Shown one piece after another: positions 47,393 to 57,271 of a stretch of DNA of 64,000 bases (the first letter of the stretch is position 1; each line of letters opens with the position of its first letter). The DNA lies in the IMG/VR virus record IMGVR_UViG_3300043539_001475, positions 37,211 through 101,210 of that record. The stretch is one strand, 5' to 3'. The position numbers were made by a program, and so were the translations under genes. This DNA comes from a virus. Under the pieces are notes generated by a model. That model was not told where the DNA came from. It searched no databases and worked only from the letters and a program-made list of their open reading frames with translations.

Positions 47393-48586
47393 ATGTCAAC
47401 TCAAATAAGTTTAAGTGTTACAAATAATACTTCCCTTGCTCAGCCTGTTAACATTATGGGAACACTAGTTCCTCAAGGGTTTTCCAACGATTCTAATAAA
47501 TTATACGAATACAATTTGGCTACAGAATCTTTTTCAAGCCTTACATCAATATCTATACTTATCGCAACGAGTCCAAACCCTACATTTATTGCTTACAATG
47601 CAATAGTAAAATCCAATGATGTTGCTGGTGTGGTAAGCGCTTTAAATAGTTTAAATAAAGGCGTTTTTCTAAACAATGGAACTACGGTTTATGTTTCTGG
47701 TAACGATTATTATAGTTATGGTAGTTTAGTAATTAACTCGTCAATTTCAACTTCTACAATTTTAGGAACTACTGGAAATAACCCTTCGGGAATAACAATT
47801 GACCCATTAGGAAATATTTATACAGCAAATGGAATAAGTAACAATGTAACTAAAATTACACCTCTTGGGGTATCTACAATTTTAGGAACGACTGGCGCAC
47901 AGCCCGTTGGAATAACAATAGATAGCTCAGGAAATATTTATACGAGTAATGGTTCTGATAATGTGAGTAAAATAACACCTTTGGGAGTATCAACTATACT
48001 AGGGGTATCAGCAGGCTCTCCTACGGGAATAACTATTGATTCTTTAGGAAATATTTATACATCAAATGGAGGGAGTAACAGAGTAATTAAAATTACGCCA
48101 CTAGGAGTATCTACAACCTTAGCAATCCTAACTGGTCAAGCCCCAGTTGCAATAACAATTGATTCATCTGGAAATATATATACTGCAAACTACTTTACTA
48201 ATATAGTAAGCAAAATAACACCACTTGGAGTAGCTACAACATTAGGAACGACTGGCATAACCCCAGTTGCAATAACAATTGATTCGTCTGGAAATATATA
48301 TACTGCAAATCAATCGAGTGATAATGTAAGCAAAATTACGCCACTTGGGGTATCTACAATATTAGGAACTACTGGCTCTGCTCCAAGCGGAATAACTATT
48401 GATTCTTTAGGAAATATTTATACTGCAAATCAAGGGAGTAATAATGTAAGCAAAATCACACCGCTTGGGGTATCTACAATTTTAAATGTAACTGGTTCGC
48501 AACCACAAGGAATAACTATTGACGTATATGGTAATATTTATACTTCAAATCAAGGGAGTGATAATGTAAGCAAAATAACTCCATAA
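47393..48586 (+). CDS. NHL-repeat beta-propeller protein
   Basis: Seven P.(G/A)ITID..GNIYT.N....V.KITP repeats. Confidence 0.85.
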   Translation: MSTQISLSVTNNTSLAQPVNIMGTLVPQGFSNDSNKLYEYNLATESFSSLTSISILIATSPNPTFIAYNAIVKSNDVAGVVSALNSLNKGVFLNNGTTVYVSGNDYYSYGSLVINSSISTSTILGTTGNNPSGITIDPLGNIYTANGISNNVTKITPLGVSTILGTTGAQPVGITIDSSGNIYTSNGSDNVSKITPLGVSTILGVSAGSPTGITIDSLGNIYTSNGGSNRVIKITPLGVSTTLAILTGQAPVAITIDSSGNIYTANYFTNIVSKITPLGVATTLGTTGITPVAITIDSSGNIYTANQSSDNVSKITPLGVSTILGTTGSAPSGITIDSLGNIYTANQGSNNVSKITPLGVSTILNVTGSQPQGITIDVYGNIYTSNQGSDNVSKITP

Positions 48587-48602
48587 TACTACCCTACTAA
48601 AA

Positions 48603-48713
48603 ATAAAAAAGCGACTACACATAATGCAGTCGCTTTTTTTTACTAGAAAAATTAAAATTATCAATCCCCATTGACTAATTACAAATCTAAAAAAATATTT
48701 TCAGTTGTGCAAA
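48603..48713 (-). ncRNA. Candidate small RNA (about 75 nt) with its own promoter
   Basis: TTTG-20 nt-TAGATTTG promoter (48713-48682); TCAAT-GGGG-ATTGA hairpin; terminator. Confidence 0.45.
48605..48641. terminator. Bidirectional terminator between the convergent blocks
   Basis: A6-GCGACT...AGTCGC-T8. Confidence 0.9.
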
Positions 48714-48718
48714 TTTTT

Positions 48719-49588
48719 TTATGTAAAATTTGTAGTAACATTTGGCAAAGAATGTATGCCATTGTGTGCAGTTACGCCAGTAAGTGTCGAAATACTAGTA
48801 CCGTTGTTTTGCAGTAGCTTTTGATATATGCTACTCTTATCCTTTATAACAGTACCTTGAACAAATCTTACCGTGTCATTCTCGTCCATTATAAGATAAC
48901 CTCCGCCCTCAATATTATCGTCCATTGATACTGCTTTCTTTAACCTATCGTCCTCTTTAGGCATTAGCTTAGCCAACTGCTTCAAAACTGTCTTTTTAGC
49001 CATCCATTGCTCTGAATCCTTCTTGTCGTTGAAGTATAAATCGTTTTTGTATTTTGACATATTAGCAATCTGTTGAATCTCTAGTTTAGACATAACTTTA
49101 AAGACAACATCATCGTTTACTTTGGCACAAGCGTAGATATATTTCAGCGTAGAAGAGTTTCTAACAGCAGAATGATTAGGAGTATGGTATAGCTTTGGCT
49201 CAAGACCTAGTTCGTATTCGAAGTCGTCTTCTTCATAGACTATTTCACACCATATTTTCTTTACTTTGTCAGAACGCAATAATAACGTCAATAAGCCCTT
49301 ATAACCTAAAACGGCAGTTATGCTATCGTTATAAGGAATAAAGTAAAATTCGCCTATCATTTGGCTTGGATTAAGACCAATTTCAGCACAATGCAATATA
49401 CTAGCAAATAGCGAAGCAGGATTTTTCAAAAACACATCTTGAAGCTTAGGAGAGCGTTTTAGTTCGCTAATTACAATTTGTTTAAATTTAGCAGGACTTA
49501 ACGAACTACCTTCTAGTAATTCTACAAGGTTTTTTTGTTCGTACTTTTCGATTGTAGTTGTGAAGCTACTGATTAATTCTTTGCTCAT
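48719..49588 (-). CDS. recT: RecT-family single-strand annealing protein
   Basis: GLNP, Y.IPY, GYKG...L..RS, VYE.D.F, MA.KTV.K.L.K..P. Confidence 0.9.
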   Translation of the reverse strand: MSKELISSFTTTIEKYEQKNLVELLEGSSLSPAKFKQIVISELKRSPKLQDVFLKNPASLFASILHCAEIGLNPSQMIGEFYFIPYNDSITAVLGYKGLLTLLLRSDKVKKIWCEIVYEEDDFEYELGLEPKLYHTPNHSAVRNSSTLKYIYACAKVNDDVVFKVMSKLEIQQIANMSKYKNDLYFNDKKDSEQWMAKKTVLKQLAKLMPKEDDRLKKAVSMDDNIEGGGYLIMDENDTVRFVQGTVIKDKSSIYQKLLQNNGTSISTLTGVTAHNGIHSLPNVTTNFT

Positions 49589-49589
49589 C

Positions 49590-49811
49590 TTATAAGTTGT
49601 TTAAGTTTAGGTATTCGGATTTTTTATTTTCAAGTTCGTTTATTTCAATTGCAATCCTTTCTAACTCATCTAAGATATTTTGGAATTTTCTTGAGTTTAT
49701 AGTGTAATTTTTAGCTTCCTTCAGCAAAAATTTTCTCAAGTTAACTCTGTAAATATTTACTTCGTGAATTTCTAGGTTAATCTTAGTTAGCGAATACTCT
49801 TCTGGATTCAT
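49590..49811 (-). CDS. Small coiled-coil protein
   Basis: ORF. Confidence 0.65.
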   Translation of the reverse strand: MNPEEYSLTKINLEIHEVNIYRVNLRKFLLKEAKNYTINSRKFQNILDELERIAIEINELENKKSEYLNLNNL

Positions 49812-49822
49812 TTTGTAGTAGT

Positions 49823-50608
49823 TTAATAAACTATTTCGTCAATGTGGGGCATTTCTACTCTGCTAGAGCAATTATCTCTTATGAAGCACTCATTGCATCG
49901 TATAAGAGAAGGTTTAGCCTTGAAAACCTTTTCTATTGGCTTTTGTAATTCGCCCTTTACCCACTCAACAGTTGACAAATGCGTAGCAATAGTGTTTTCC
50001 TCAACGTGAACCTTTATTATCTTTACATCATGCGTAGCTTTGGTAGAAAATATAAAGAAGAAAAAATCAATATCATCAGGCTCACATTCTAATTCTTTAG
50101 ACAAAAGAATCTTGTATTGAACTGGCTGTAGCATTAGATTATGCTTTTCAGTCAATGAATCAAGGTTCCAACCTAATTCATTCCATTTGTCATCCATAAG
50201 CCCACTGTACTTGGTATCAATGATACAAATCCTATCGTTCCACTTGGCTACAATATCGAAAATACCAGTCATACCATCTTGCGTACACACTTTGCCTATT
50301 TCAATTATTTCAATTCCGTAATTTTTTACAATTTTCTTGAAGAACTCGGCACTGTCTATTGCTCTTTGGTACTGCTCTGAAACCATTTCTTTTTTTGTTC
50401 CTGCATATACTATCTTGGCTTGTGGAATATGACCGTCACGAGGTATAGAGCCAGTAGCCATATACTCAAAAAAATTACCGTATTCCATTGCATCGCTTGA
50501 AGGAAATCTAACACCATCAATATACTTTGCTTTAGTCTGAAGACCGCAAACTTCACCGTTCTTATATTTTGCAAATTCTTTTAGAAAGCTTTGGGAAATG
50601 TTTATCAT
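49823..50608 (-). CDS. Cas4/AddB-like PD-(D/E)xK exonuclease
   Basis: S.S, N-terminal Cys, G.FD, IID.K, Q...Y, C-terminal C..C.....C; adjacent to recT. Confidence 0.8.
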   Translation of the reverse strand: MINISQSFLKEFAKYKNGEVCGLQTKAKYIDGVRFPSSDAMEYGNFFEYMATGSIPRDGHIPQAKIVYAGTKKEMVSEQYQRAIDSAEFFKKIVKNYGIEIIEIGKVCTQDGMTGIFDIVAKWNDRICIIDTKYSGLMDDKWNELGWNLDSLTEKHNLMLQPVQYKILLSKELECEPDDIDFFFFIFSTKATHDVKIIKVHVEENTIATHLSTVEWVKGELQKPIEKVFKAKPSLIRCNECFIRDNCSSRVEMPHIDEIVY

Positions 50609-50672
50609 TTTAAAATCGGATTTATTTATAAATTAATTGCTTTTGTTATAGCATCGTTTTAATGTGCTATAA

Positions 50673-50984
50673 TTATTTCCAACTATAACCGCAGTTCTTG
50701 ACTAATTTCAAATCATCTTTATTAGCAGGGAAAACTCTACAATTTGTTAGTCTTACTTTGTAAATTCCGCAACTAGTTTCGCAAAGAAAAGGACACGTAT
50801 ATCCAAGTTTACAGCAAGCTGAACCTTTTTTACCATCAAGCGTTTCACAAAGTTCTGGGGTGCATTGCCCCTTTCTTCCCTTCTGTTTTCCAATAAAACT
50901 ATTTAAAAGTCTGCCAGCTTTTGTTTTTGTCATAAATATTATTATCCGTGATAAATAATTGACATTTGATTTTTTTTCTTCCAT
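50673..50984 (-). CDS. YkgJ-like cysteine cluster protein
   Basis: ACC, CPFL, C.IY..R...CR.FP. Confidence 0.7.
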   Translation of the reverse strand: MEEKKSNVNYLSRIIIFMTKTKAGRLLNSFIGKQKGRKGQCTPELCETLDGKKGSACCKLGYTCPFLCETSCGIYKVRLTNCRVFPANKDDLKLVKNCGYSWK

Positions 50985-51293
50985 CTACTTATTTGTATTC
51001 ATCGATTCAAACTGTGTATTTTCCATCCAACCATCGGATGAATGTACTTTTCCAACCCATGTATAACCTACTTTTTTTCTAGTCTTTTTGGATATTCCTA
51101 TAATAGGAGTTTCTACTCTAATATCTTCTAGTTTCTTGAAGTCAATATCCACTTTAGGCTTCATAGCAAGCTCTCTTAACATGTCGTCAGCAGTAGCTTT
51201 ATTTTCGGCTTCCATGATGATTGGTTTGTCAACATTTTTAAAATAATATTTGTAAAACCTCGTCTTTTCCATAAAAGAAAAATATATATTCAT
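50985..51293 (-). CDS. Hypothetical protein
   Basis: ORF. Confidence 0.65.
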   Translation of the reverse strand: MNIYFSFMEKTRFYKYYFKNVDKPIIMEAENKATADDMLRELAMKPKVDIDFKKLEDIRVETPIIGISKKTRKKVGYTWVGKVHSSDGWMENTQFESMNTNK

Positions 51294-51439
51294 TATGATT
51301 TAGAATATTGTAGTAAAATATAATGCAATTACTAATTGAATTAGTTATTTTTGATGCAAACATCTTATGTCCATAGTAAGTTGTATAAGTTTTCTTGGTA
51401 TGAGAGCGAGAGTTGTTACTCGCTCTCTTTTTTTTCGCC

Positions 51440-51739
51440 CTATTCGTAAGGTAGGTCGTCAAATTCATTCATATTGTTTATAAAGATTGCATCTCCACAA
51501 ACATAATCGCTCGGATATATGGATTCCGATTTGTGAGCCATTTCAGTGGCAATAGAGTTCATAGAAAGATTTTTGTTCTTGCCTTCTTCGTCTATCAATA
51601 GCATCTCACCATCTTCTAAGTAAATAACCTCTACTGGACTACTGTATCCCTCGTTGCAAATTAGGTTCCTTGCGCCAATAAAAGACGTAAATTCTACTTG
51701 TCTTTTTTCGCCTTCTGTTGTAATAATTGTTGCTCTCAT
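51440..51739 (-). CDS. DUF3846-like protein
   Basis: IDEEGK...L..N..AT and V.GDA; promoter TACATTTG at 51770-51763. Confidence 0.7.
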   Translation of the reverse strand: MRATIITTEGEKRQVEFTSFIGARNLICNEGYSSPVEVIYLEDGEMLLIDEEGKNKNLSMNSIATEMAHKSESIYPSDYVCGDAIFINNMNEFDDLPYE

Positions 51740-51811
51740 AGTTAATTTAAAATTTATACGAACAAATGTAAGTAAAAAGTTTTCGGTACAATAAAAAAAG
51801 TATGTTTTTTT

Positions 51812-52132
51812 TTAATCTTTTTTGTCTACTAGAAACCAATTCGGAAGTTTCTTTTTTCTAATCTTGTATTGAGTACCTCTTAATAATTCGTTTTCCTTTT
51901 GAATCATCTTTCTTTCTCTGGTTATGCTTTCGAAACAAGGAAGTTTATTGAATCCTAAATCTGTAAGCAGTTGTAAGGCACTCATTTCGTTTATTTTTTC
52001 TTTACCTATAAAATTAAAGCAGTAAGTGGCTATAAGACGATTGTCGTTATCTCTTAATAGAGGATTAGTCTCTAATAAAAAAGTTACCCTGTCTTTTATC
52101 GATTTAAAATCACTGAATTGTTTTGGCTTCAT
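51812..52132 (-). CDS. Conserved phage protein
   Basis: L...P..RDND..L and ESITR.R...Q. Confidence 0.7.
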   Translation of the reverse strand: MKPKQFSDFKSIKDRVTFLLETNPLLRDNDNRLIATYCFNFIGKEKINEMSALQLLTDLGFNKLPCFESITRERKMIQKENELLRGTQYKIRKKKLPNWFLVDKKD

Positions 52133-52134
52133 CT

Positions 52135-52578
52135 TTAAATAATTTTTACGATTTTAGGATATTTTTCTTCAAATTGTTCATAGGCAACAAAGGCTGATAC
52201 AAATTGGTCAAATGCAAACTGTAACTTTGGGTTATCCCAATCATCTGAAACATATTCAGAAAAACTCTTTGTTAGGTTAATTGGAATTGCGTTATTGACA
52301 GAACATCTCTTTAGTTGCTTATCAGTACAGCCGAGAACCATAGCGTTTGTTATATTGGTCATAAATAAGCGCATATATTTTTCATCGTTTAATCGTTTGT
52401 CGTCTATAGAATCCTTTATTTTGATAATTAAAGTTCCTAATAGCACCTGCTTGAAGTTTCTATCGTTCAAAATGTCCATTGATTCCATTGCAAATTCACT
52501 AGAGCCGTCAATTTTTGAACCGTTTATTAAAAACTCTTCCATTAGCTTTTCTGCGTCATCTTTTGAAATACCTACCAT
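52135..52578 (-). CDS. Hypothetical protein
   Basis: ORF. Confidence 0.65.
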   Translation of the reverse strand: MVGISKDDAEKLMEEFLINGSKIDGSSEFAMESMDILNDRNFKQVLLGTLIIKIKDSIDDKRLNDEKYMRLFMTNITNAMVLGCTDKQLKRCSVNNAIPINLTKSFSEYVSDDWDNPKLQFAFDQFVSAFVAYEQFEEKYPKIVKII

Positions 52579-52874
52579 ATTTTTTTTACTTTATAAATGA
52601 ATGGAGTTGTAGTTGAAAAATCTGTTATGTTGATTATTGCGCCAAAAATTTCACGCATCTTTTCCCTATCATTAGCAACTGGAGTACCCTTGAAATACCA
52701 AAAATATTGACCACCTATAATGGCTCCAAACTTGTAGAAATTACCGCTTGGTATTTTATTGTATTTCTTTGAATCATTCAGTATATTAATTACTATACCG
52801 TCCTCTTTAAAGGTAAATAAATTGTATTTTTTTTTGTTTTCTAATTCTGAAAAAGGGGTTGTTGTTAAGTTCAT
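52572..52874 (-). CDS. Hypothetical protein
   Basis: ORF; promoter TATATTTG at 52901-52894. Confidence 0.65.
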   Translation of the reverse strand: MNLTTTPFSELENKKKYNLFTFKEDGIVINILNDSKKYNKIPSGNFYKFGAIIGGQYFWYFKGTPVANDREKMREIFGAIINITDFSTTTPFIYKVKKIW

Positions 52875-52963
52875 CTTGATTTTTTTATTTGAACAAATAT
52901 AGTAAAAAAATATTAAAACAAAATAAAAGTATTATATAAAATATAATAATTTATATTGAATAA

Positions 52964-53707
52964 CTATTCTTTAATCGTGAAGCTATCCATACTACTGTAA
53001 ACCAACTGTTTAAATAGCATCTCTCTTTCTTCAAAATAGTCGTGTACTATTTTTCTATTGGCTTCTGTATCTCGGTAGTATATGCAATCTGTTTTATAGC
53101 AGTCAAATTCATCGCCTAACATAATCGATATTTCGTGCATCATGTAGTAGCAGGAATACCTAATATCGTGATATATAGATTGAAGCTGTGGGTCATTTTT
53201 TCTTGTAACAACCGTTTCGTAATATTCCCCTTGAACAAACCTTTGAAAAGATTTTTCGCTACCCAAAACAGATAGTGAAGCAAGCCTAATAGCCTTTGCT
53301 TTTTCATCTAATGCTCTATCGTATGTTTTCTTGGATATATAGCCTTTAACATAAGCAATTCTCCAAAAAGCATGGTCTAAATCAGTTCCAGTCAATATTC
53401 CTTTTTCGTGGTCGTATTCGAAATTCCAAACGGTAACTTTCTTTTTTGGGGAAACATCGATAATTGGATTTTTATTTAGGTATTTTTTAGCATCAGTTTG
53501 CACCAAATTAAATAGGTACATAAACTTGCTTGGAAAATTTTTGTTTTCTGTTTGGTATAGGGTATGCTTTCCGTCAAAAACTAATTCATTGCACTCGCTA
53601 CCAATTCTAATTAGAAAATCGCTCTTGCAATTTTTAAGCATTTTTAACTTTCGGTCAATCCGTACCCTTTTGTATTGTCGGGGAAAATCTTTTAAATTTA
53701 GTTCCAT
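52964..53707 (-). CDS. Minimal family-B-like polymerase palm protein
   Basis: DLDHAFW (motif A-like), K..RLASL..LG (B-like), YKTDCIYY (C-like); no exonuclease domain. Confidence 0.5.
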   Translation of the reverse strand: MELNLKDFPRQYKRVRIDRKLKMLKNCKSDFLIRIGSECNELVFDGKHTLYQTENKNFPSKFMYLFNLVQTDAKKYLNKNPIIDVSPKKKVTVWNFEYDHEKGILTGTDLDHAFWRIAYVKGYISKKTYDRALDEKAKAIRLASLSVLGSEKSFQRFVQGEYYETVVTRKNDPQLQSIYHDIRYSCYYMMHEISIMLGDEFDCYKTDCIYYRDTEANRKIVHDYFEEREMLFKQLVYSSMDSFTIKE

Positions 53708-53718
53708 AGCAGTTGTTG

Positions 53719-54651
53719 TTAAATTTTACCACCTTTTTCAAATTTGTTTAATATTTGTTGTTGTCTTTCTTGGTATTGTTTTTTGGTAATTAAGCCATCT
53801 TTAAAGTCTTCTCTTAAAATTTCAAGAGTTCGGTTGAGAGCTTTATATCTTTCAGCATCTAATTCAGTTTTGCCTAATGGTTGTTCAGCCCCCTTTTTAG
53901 GTTCCACTTGCTTTGGTCTTTCCATACCTACAACCTTCTTCTTCCTGCTCATAGCTTGCTTTGATGCTTCATCAAGCTTTCTAGCTTCATCTATTTTTGC
54001 TTGTAACTCAGGCGACAAGTCTTTTTCCTTTACATCCATGTCAACCTCTACGCTTCCCAAGTCGGCACTTGAACCTAACCTTGTTATAAGAATATAAGCA
54101 TTACACGGGTTGTTTATCTCGGATATTTCATTAGAAATTATAATCCTTTTAAAGATTATGGAATCATCTCCAGAAGGTAAATTTAGCTTGCGCATATCAG
54201 AAATAAGTTTCTTAATATCAGATTCGGCTAATTGATATTTTTTAATCAGCCCCGTTGAAATTAAACCATCTACTTCTACTGCTATTTTAAGATTACCGTC
54301 AAATCCAATCTCACCATTACCTCCAAATATTCTATCGTGTAGATAGTAAAATCCAACATCGTCTGTTTGGTCATTGGTTACTTGATTTATGTTGAAGCAT
54401 ACTTCAGCTTTTTTAGATGTTGTAACAGTAGAGATAGGCATTGCTTTACTCTCAATTATAGCTATAACATCTTTATCTACATCGGTAACTTTAATTTTTC
54501 TAAAAGCTTTTCCCTTGTACTTTTTAAACAGATTAGCGGAAGTCCACTTCTGACATTCATTCCACGTCCATCCAAGTTTACGCTTTTTAGATAACTTATA
54601 AACACGTTTGGCTATTAAGTTAAATATCTTTAGGGAAAAGTTTTTCTTCAT
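53719..54651 (-). CDS. Hypothetical protein ending FEKGGKI
   Basis: ORF. Confidence 0.7.
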   Translation of the reverse strand: MKKNFSLKIFNLIAKRVYKLSKKRKLGWTWNECQKWTSANLFKKYKGKAFRKIKVTDVDKDVIAIIESKAMPISTVTTSKKAEVCFNINQVTNDQTDDVGFYYLHDRIFGGNGEIGFDGNLKIAVEVDGLISTGLIKKYQLAESDIKKLISDMRKLNLPSGDDSIIFKRIIISNEISEINNPCNAYILITRLGSSADLGSVEVDMDVKEKDLSPELQAKIDEARKLDEASKQAMSRKKKVVGMERPKQVEPKKGAEQPLGKTELDAERYKALNRTLEILREDFKDGLITKKQYQERQQQILNKFEKGGKI

Positions 54652-54663
54652 TTTAGATTTCTC

Positions 54664-54951
54664 TTAAATAGTTTTAGGTGCTTTTTTGTATTTCTTTATT
54701 GAGGATAAGGAAACATTGAAGTGCTTAACTGCTTCTGATATAGAGTGGTCTTTGCAAAATTCAAAAATTTGAGATTTTAATTCGATTGATAGTGGGTAAA
54801 GTTTCTTTCCAATATCTACCAACTCGTTTTTTTTGCAAATGTAGTTTATACTACCCCTTGAGCAATTTAGTCTTCTTTGTATTTCTCTATAAGACAATCC
54901 CTCGTGTCTCATCTGCAATACTTTCGGTTTTAAGTTTCTACTGCTAGCCAT
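54664..54951 (-). CDS. Double HTH DNA-binding protein
   Basis: GLSYREI...LNCS.GSI.Y and SI.EA..HF.VS. Confidence 0.75.
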   Translation of the reverse strand: MASSRNLKPKVLQMRHEGLSYREIQRRLNCSRGSINYICKKNELVDIGKKLYPLSIELKSQIFEFCKDHSISEAVKHFNVSLSSIKKYKKAPKTI

Positions 54952-55069
54952 AATTAGTGTTTAAGTTATTGGTACAAATATAAATAATAAAAGTCAAAAA
55001 AAAGTGCGACTAGGCACTTGATTTTGTGTTGTGATTTTTTAATAGTAATATAATTAATTACTAAATTTC

Positions 55070-55366
55070 CTAAGACCTAAATGAAGTTGGCATCGGATTA
55101 TCTTTTAGCCAACCACTAAAGCTTGGAACATTAGCAGTAGCTTGTTGAGCTAACATTTCCTTAAAAAAATTACTAGGTTCTGTAGCAGGCGTTATGGTAG
55201 GTTTGGTAATGTTTTTATTGGCTGTATCTTCTTCATTGCCCAATACTACACTTGTATTTCCAATGACAATTGGTTTTTTGAAGAAAGAGTAAACGAAAAA
55301 TCCAACTGCTCCTATTGCAATTGCTCCTCCCAAATACATTGCTATTTTTTTATTTTCTGGTGTCAT
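55070..55366 (-). CDS. N-terminal TM protein
   Basis: YLGGAIAIGAVGFFVYSFFKK. Confidence 0.7.
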   Translation of the reverse strand: MTPENKKIAMYLGGAIAIGAVGFFVYSFFKKPIVIGNTSVVLGNEEDTANKNITKPTITPATEPSNFFKEMLAQQATANVPSFSGWLKDNPMPTSFRS

Positions 55367-55499
55367 AACGATTTATCTTAAATTAAGACGTAAAAATAAA
55401 AGATTAATATGATAAAATCTAAATAATTTATCGAAATAAAAGAAATCAAACCTAAAATAAAAGTATAAAGATTGTTTTTCGTGATAAATATTAATCTTT

Positions 55500-56219
55500 T
55501 TACCGTTTAAATTCGGTTATTGAAATTCCATCTAAACTATTAAAAAAGTCGTTCACATCGGTTTTGGTTTCTTCGGGATTAAGAACTCTTTTTGGTAAGC
55601 AAACCGAAGCTACTTTAATACCGTTATTTTTTTGCTGTTTTACAAAAATTTGCTCCTTTGTCTGCGCAAGAGGTAAAATTTCTTCAAAAGTTGGGTGAGT
55701 GTAATCTTTAGGGTTTGGTATAAAACCTAATTCGTAAGCTTTTGTTATTTCGTTTTCCATAATTTATTTTGATTTAATAATTATTTCGTCATCATCGTCA
55801 TATTCATAACAATCGGTGCAATAGTGTTTATCTTGTATTTCTTCCCAACCACTTTCATCAGCCAAATCGTTTAAAGCGCATACTTCACTCCAAGCAGAAT
55901 ATTCAGTACCTTCATTAACATCTTTACCACAACAATCACAAACCATTGTGTACATTTTTACTTCTTTTATCATAGCTTACTTGTTTTTAAATTTTTCAAA
56001 CCACTCTATCAAATACTGTTTTTGACTTAACTCTCCTTTGTAATTGTAATTCCAATCAAAGCAAAAATCATTTATAATTTTAAATAATTCATCCTCTGTA
56101 TAGCCTTGTTGTTGCTTTTCAATTTCTCTAGCTTTTTTGACTATTTCTATCTGATTTAAAGTCGGGTTTCTTAATTCAAATAATTGGTCAATTATCCATC
56201 CTACTGCTGACTGTTTCAT
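55500..56219 (-). other. Three small phage genes (55500-55760; 55764-55973 Zn-finger; 55977-56219)
   Basis: Tightly packed ORFs; CDCC..HYCTDC in the middle gene. Confidence 0.65.
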
Positions 56220-56225
56220 AATTGT

Positions 56226-56609
56226 TTAATTAAAAAATTCTATTGAATCCGTGTAGGTTTCGTTTGTAAATAATCTAAGTACAGTTGCGAATAATTGTAA
56301 TCCTACGGACTTGCCAGTATCCTTAACTATACACTTAACAAGTTGATATGAAGAACCACCCGTGGTCTTTCCCGTTTCTATTTTACCTGAACTGTAAAGT
56401 AACATCTTGCTATCGGGCAAGTATATCCCAATATCGTTAGTACCGTTTTCATTATACACTACTGTTACATTCGAATACTGAAGCTCTCCAACAACATCGT
56501 TAGTTGTTATTATAAACTTCGTATATTTTTCAGTAAAAACTCCCTTTTCTTCTTGGGCTGACATTGATAAGCTCAATGACAATAAAGCTCCTAATAGTAA
56601 TTTTTTCAT
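56226..56609 (-). CDS. Secreted beta-rich protein
   Basis: Signal peptide MKKLLLGALLSLSLSMSAQ. Confidence 0.7.
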   Translation of the reverse strand: MKKLLLGALLSLSLSMSAQEEKGVFTEKYTKFIITTNDVVGELQYSNVTVVYNENGTNDIGIYLPDSKMLLYSSGKIETGKTTGGSSYQLVKCIVKDTGKSVGLQLFATVLRLFTNETYTDSIEFFN

Positions 56610-56624
56610 GGTTTTTTTAAGTTT

Positions 56625-57236
56625 TTAAAATAACGTTAGTGGTTTTGTTTTTGGTTTAGCATTTTTTAATCTTCCGTTTATTATTGGAATGTAATCATCT
56701 TCACGCTCTATTAATATATAATCTCTGTTGGTGTTTTTACAAGCAACTCCAGTACTACCGCTACCCGCAAATGGGTCAAGAATAACAGCCCCTTCTCTAC
56801 TAACTAGCTTTACTAAATATTCCATAAGAGCAATCGGCTTTACTGTTGGATGGTTGTTTTTATTTGGATTTCTATTTTCTGGATTTCTGCCATTATTCAA
56901 TAATCCTTCTTCGCTATGAAAACCACCATAATTAACTCTTTCTTTATCTAGCAAACCATCACAACCCGCATTACGTTCTGACTTGCTCGCTTTGGCACAA
57001 TAAAAAAATCGACTTGCATTTCCTTCGCTTGAATCGTGAATTTGCTTTGTACTTCCTGAAGGTGCGCCTAAACTATTACCGTTATTTTGATATTTATAGG
57101 CTTTTTTCATTGCACCACTTTTCGTATTGGGAAACATCGATACTACTTCTTCTGAACCGTAATTAGGAAGTTTATTAAATAATCCTTGTAAATCAATCGG
57201 CATTTTATTATATAATGTTTGTTCAATTGTTATCAT
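56625..57236 (-). CDS. N4/N6 DNA methyltransferase, C-terminal part
   Basis: SRFFYCAKAS, NNHPTVKP, LDPFAGSGSTG; ATG at 57236 preferred. Confidence 0.85.
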   Translation of the reverse strand: MITIEQTLYNKMPIDLQGLFNKLPNYGSEEVVSMFPNTKSGAMKKAYKYQNNGNSLGAPSGSTKQIHDSSEGNASRFFYCAKASKSERNAGCDGLLDKERVNYGGFHSEEGLLNNGRNPENRNPNKNNHPTVKPIALMEYLVKLVSREGAVILDPFAGSGSTGVACKNTNRDYILIEREDDYIPIINGRLKNAKPKTKPLTLF

Positions 57237-57271
57237 TGTATTTTCTATTTTCAAGTTTATAATGGCATTTT

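Noticed and set aside
49823-50608. cas4 as part of a CRISPR-Cas locus
   Set aside because: No other cas genes or array; its position next to recT indicates a recombination exonuclease
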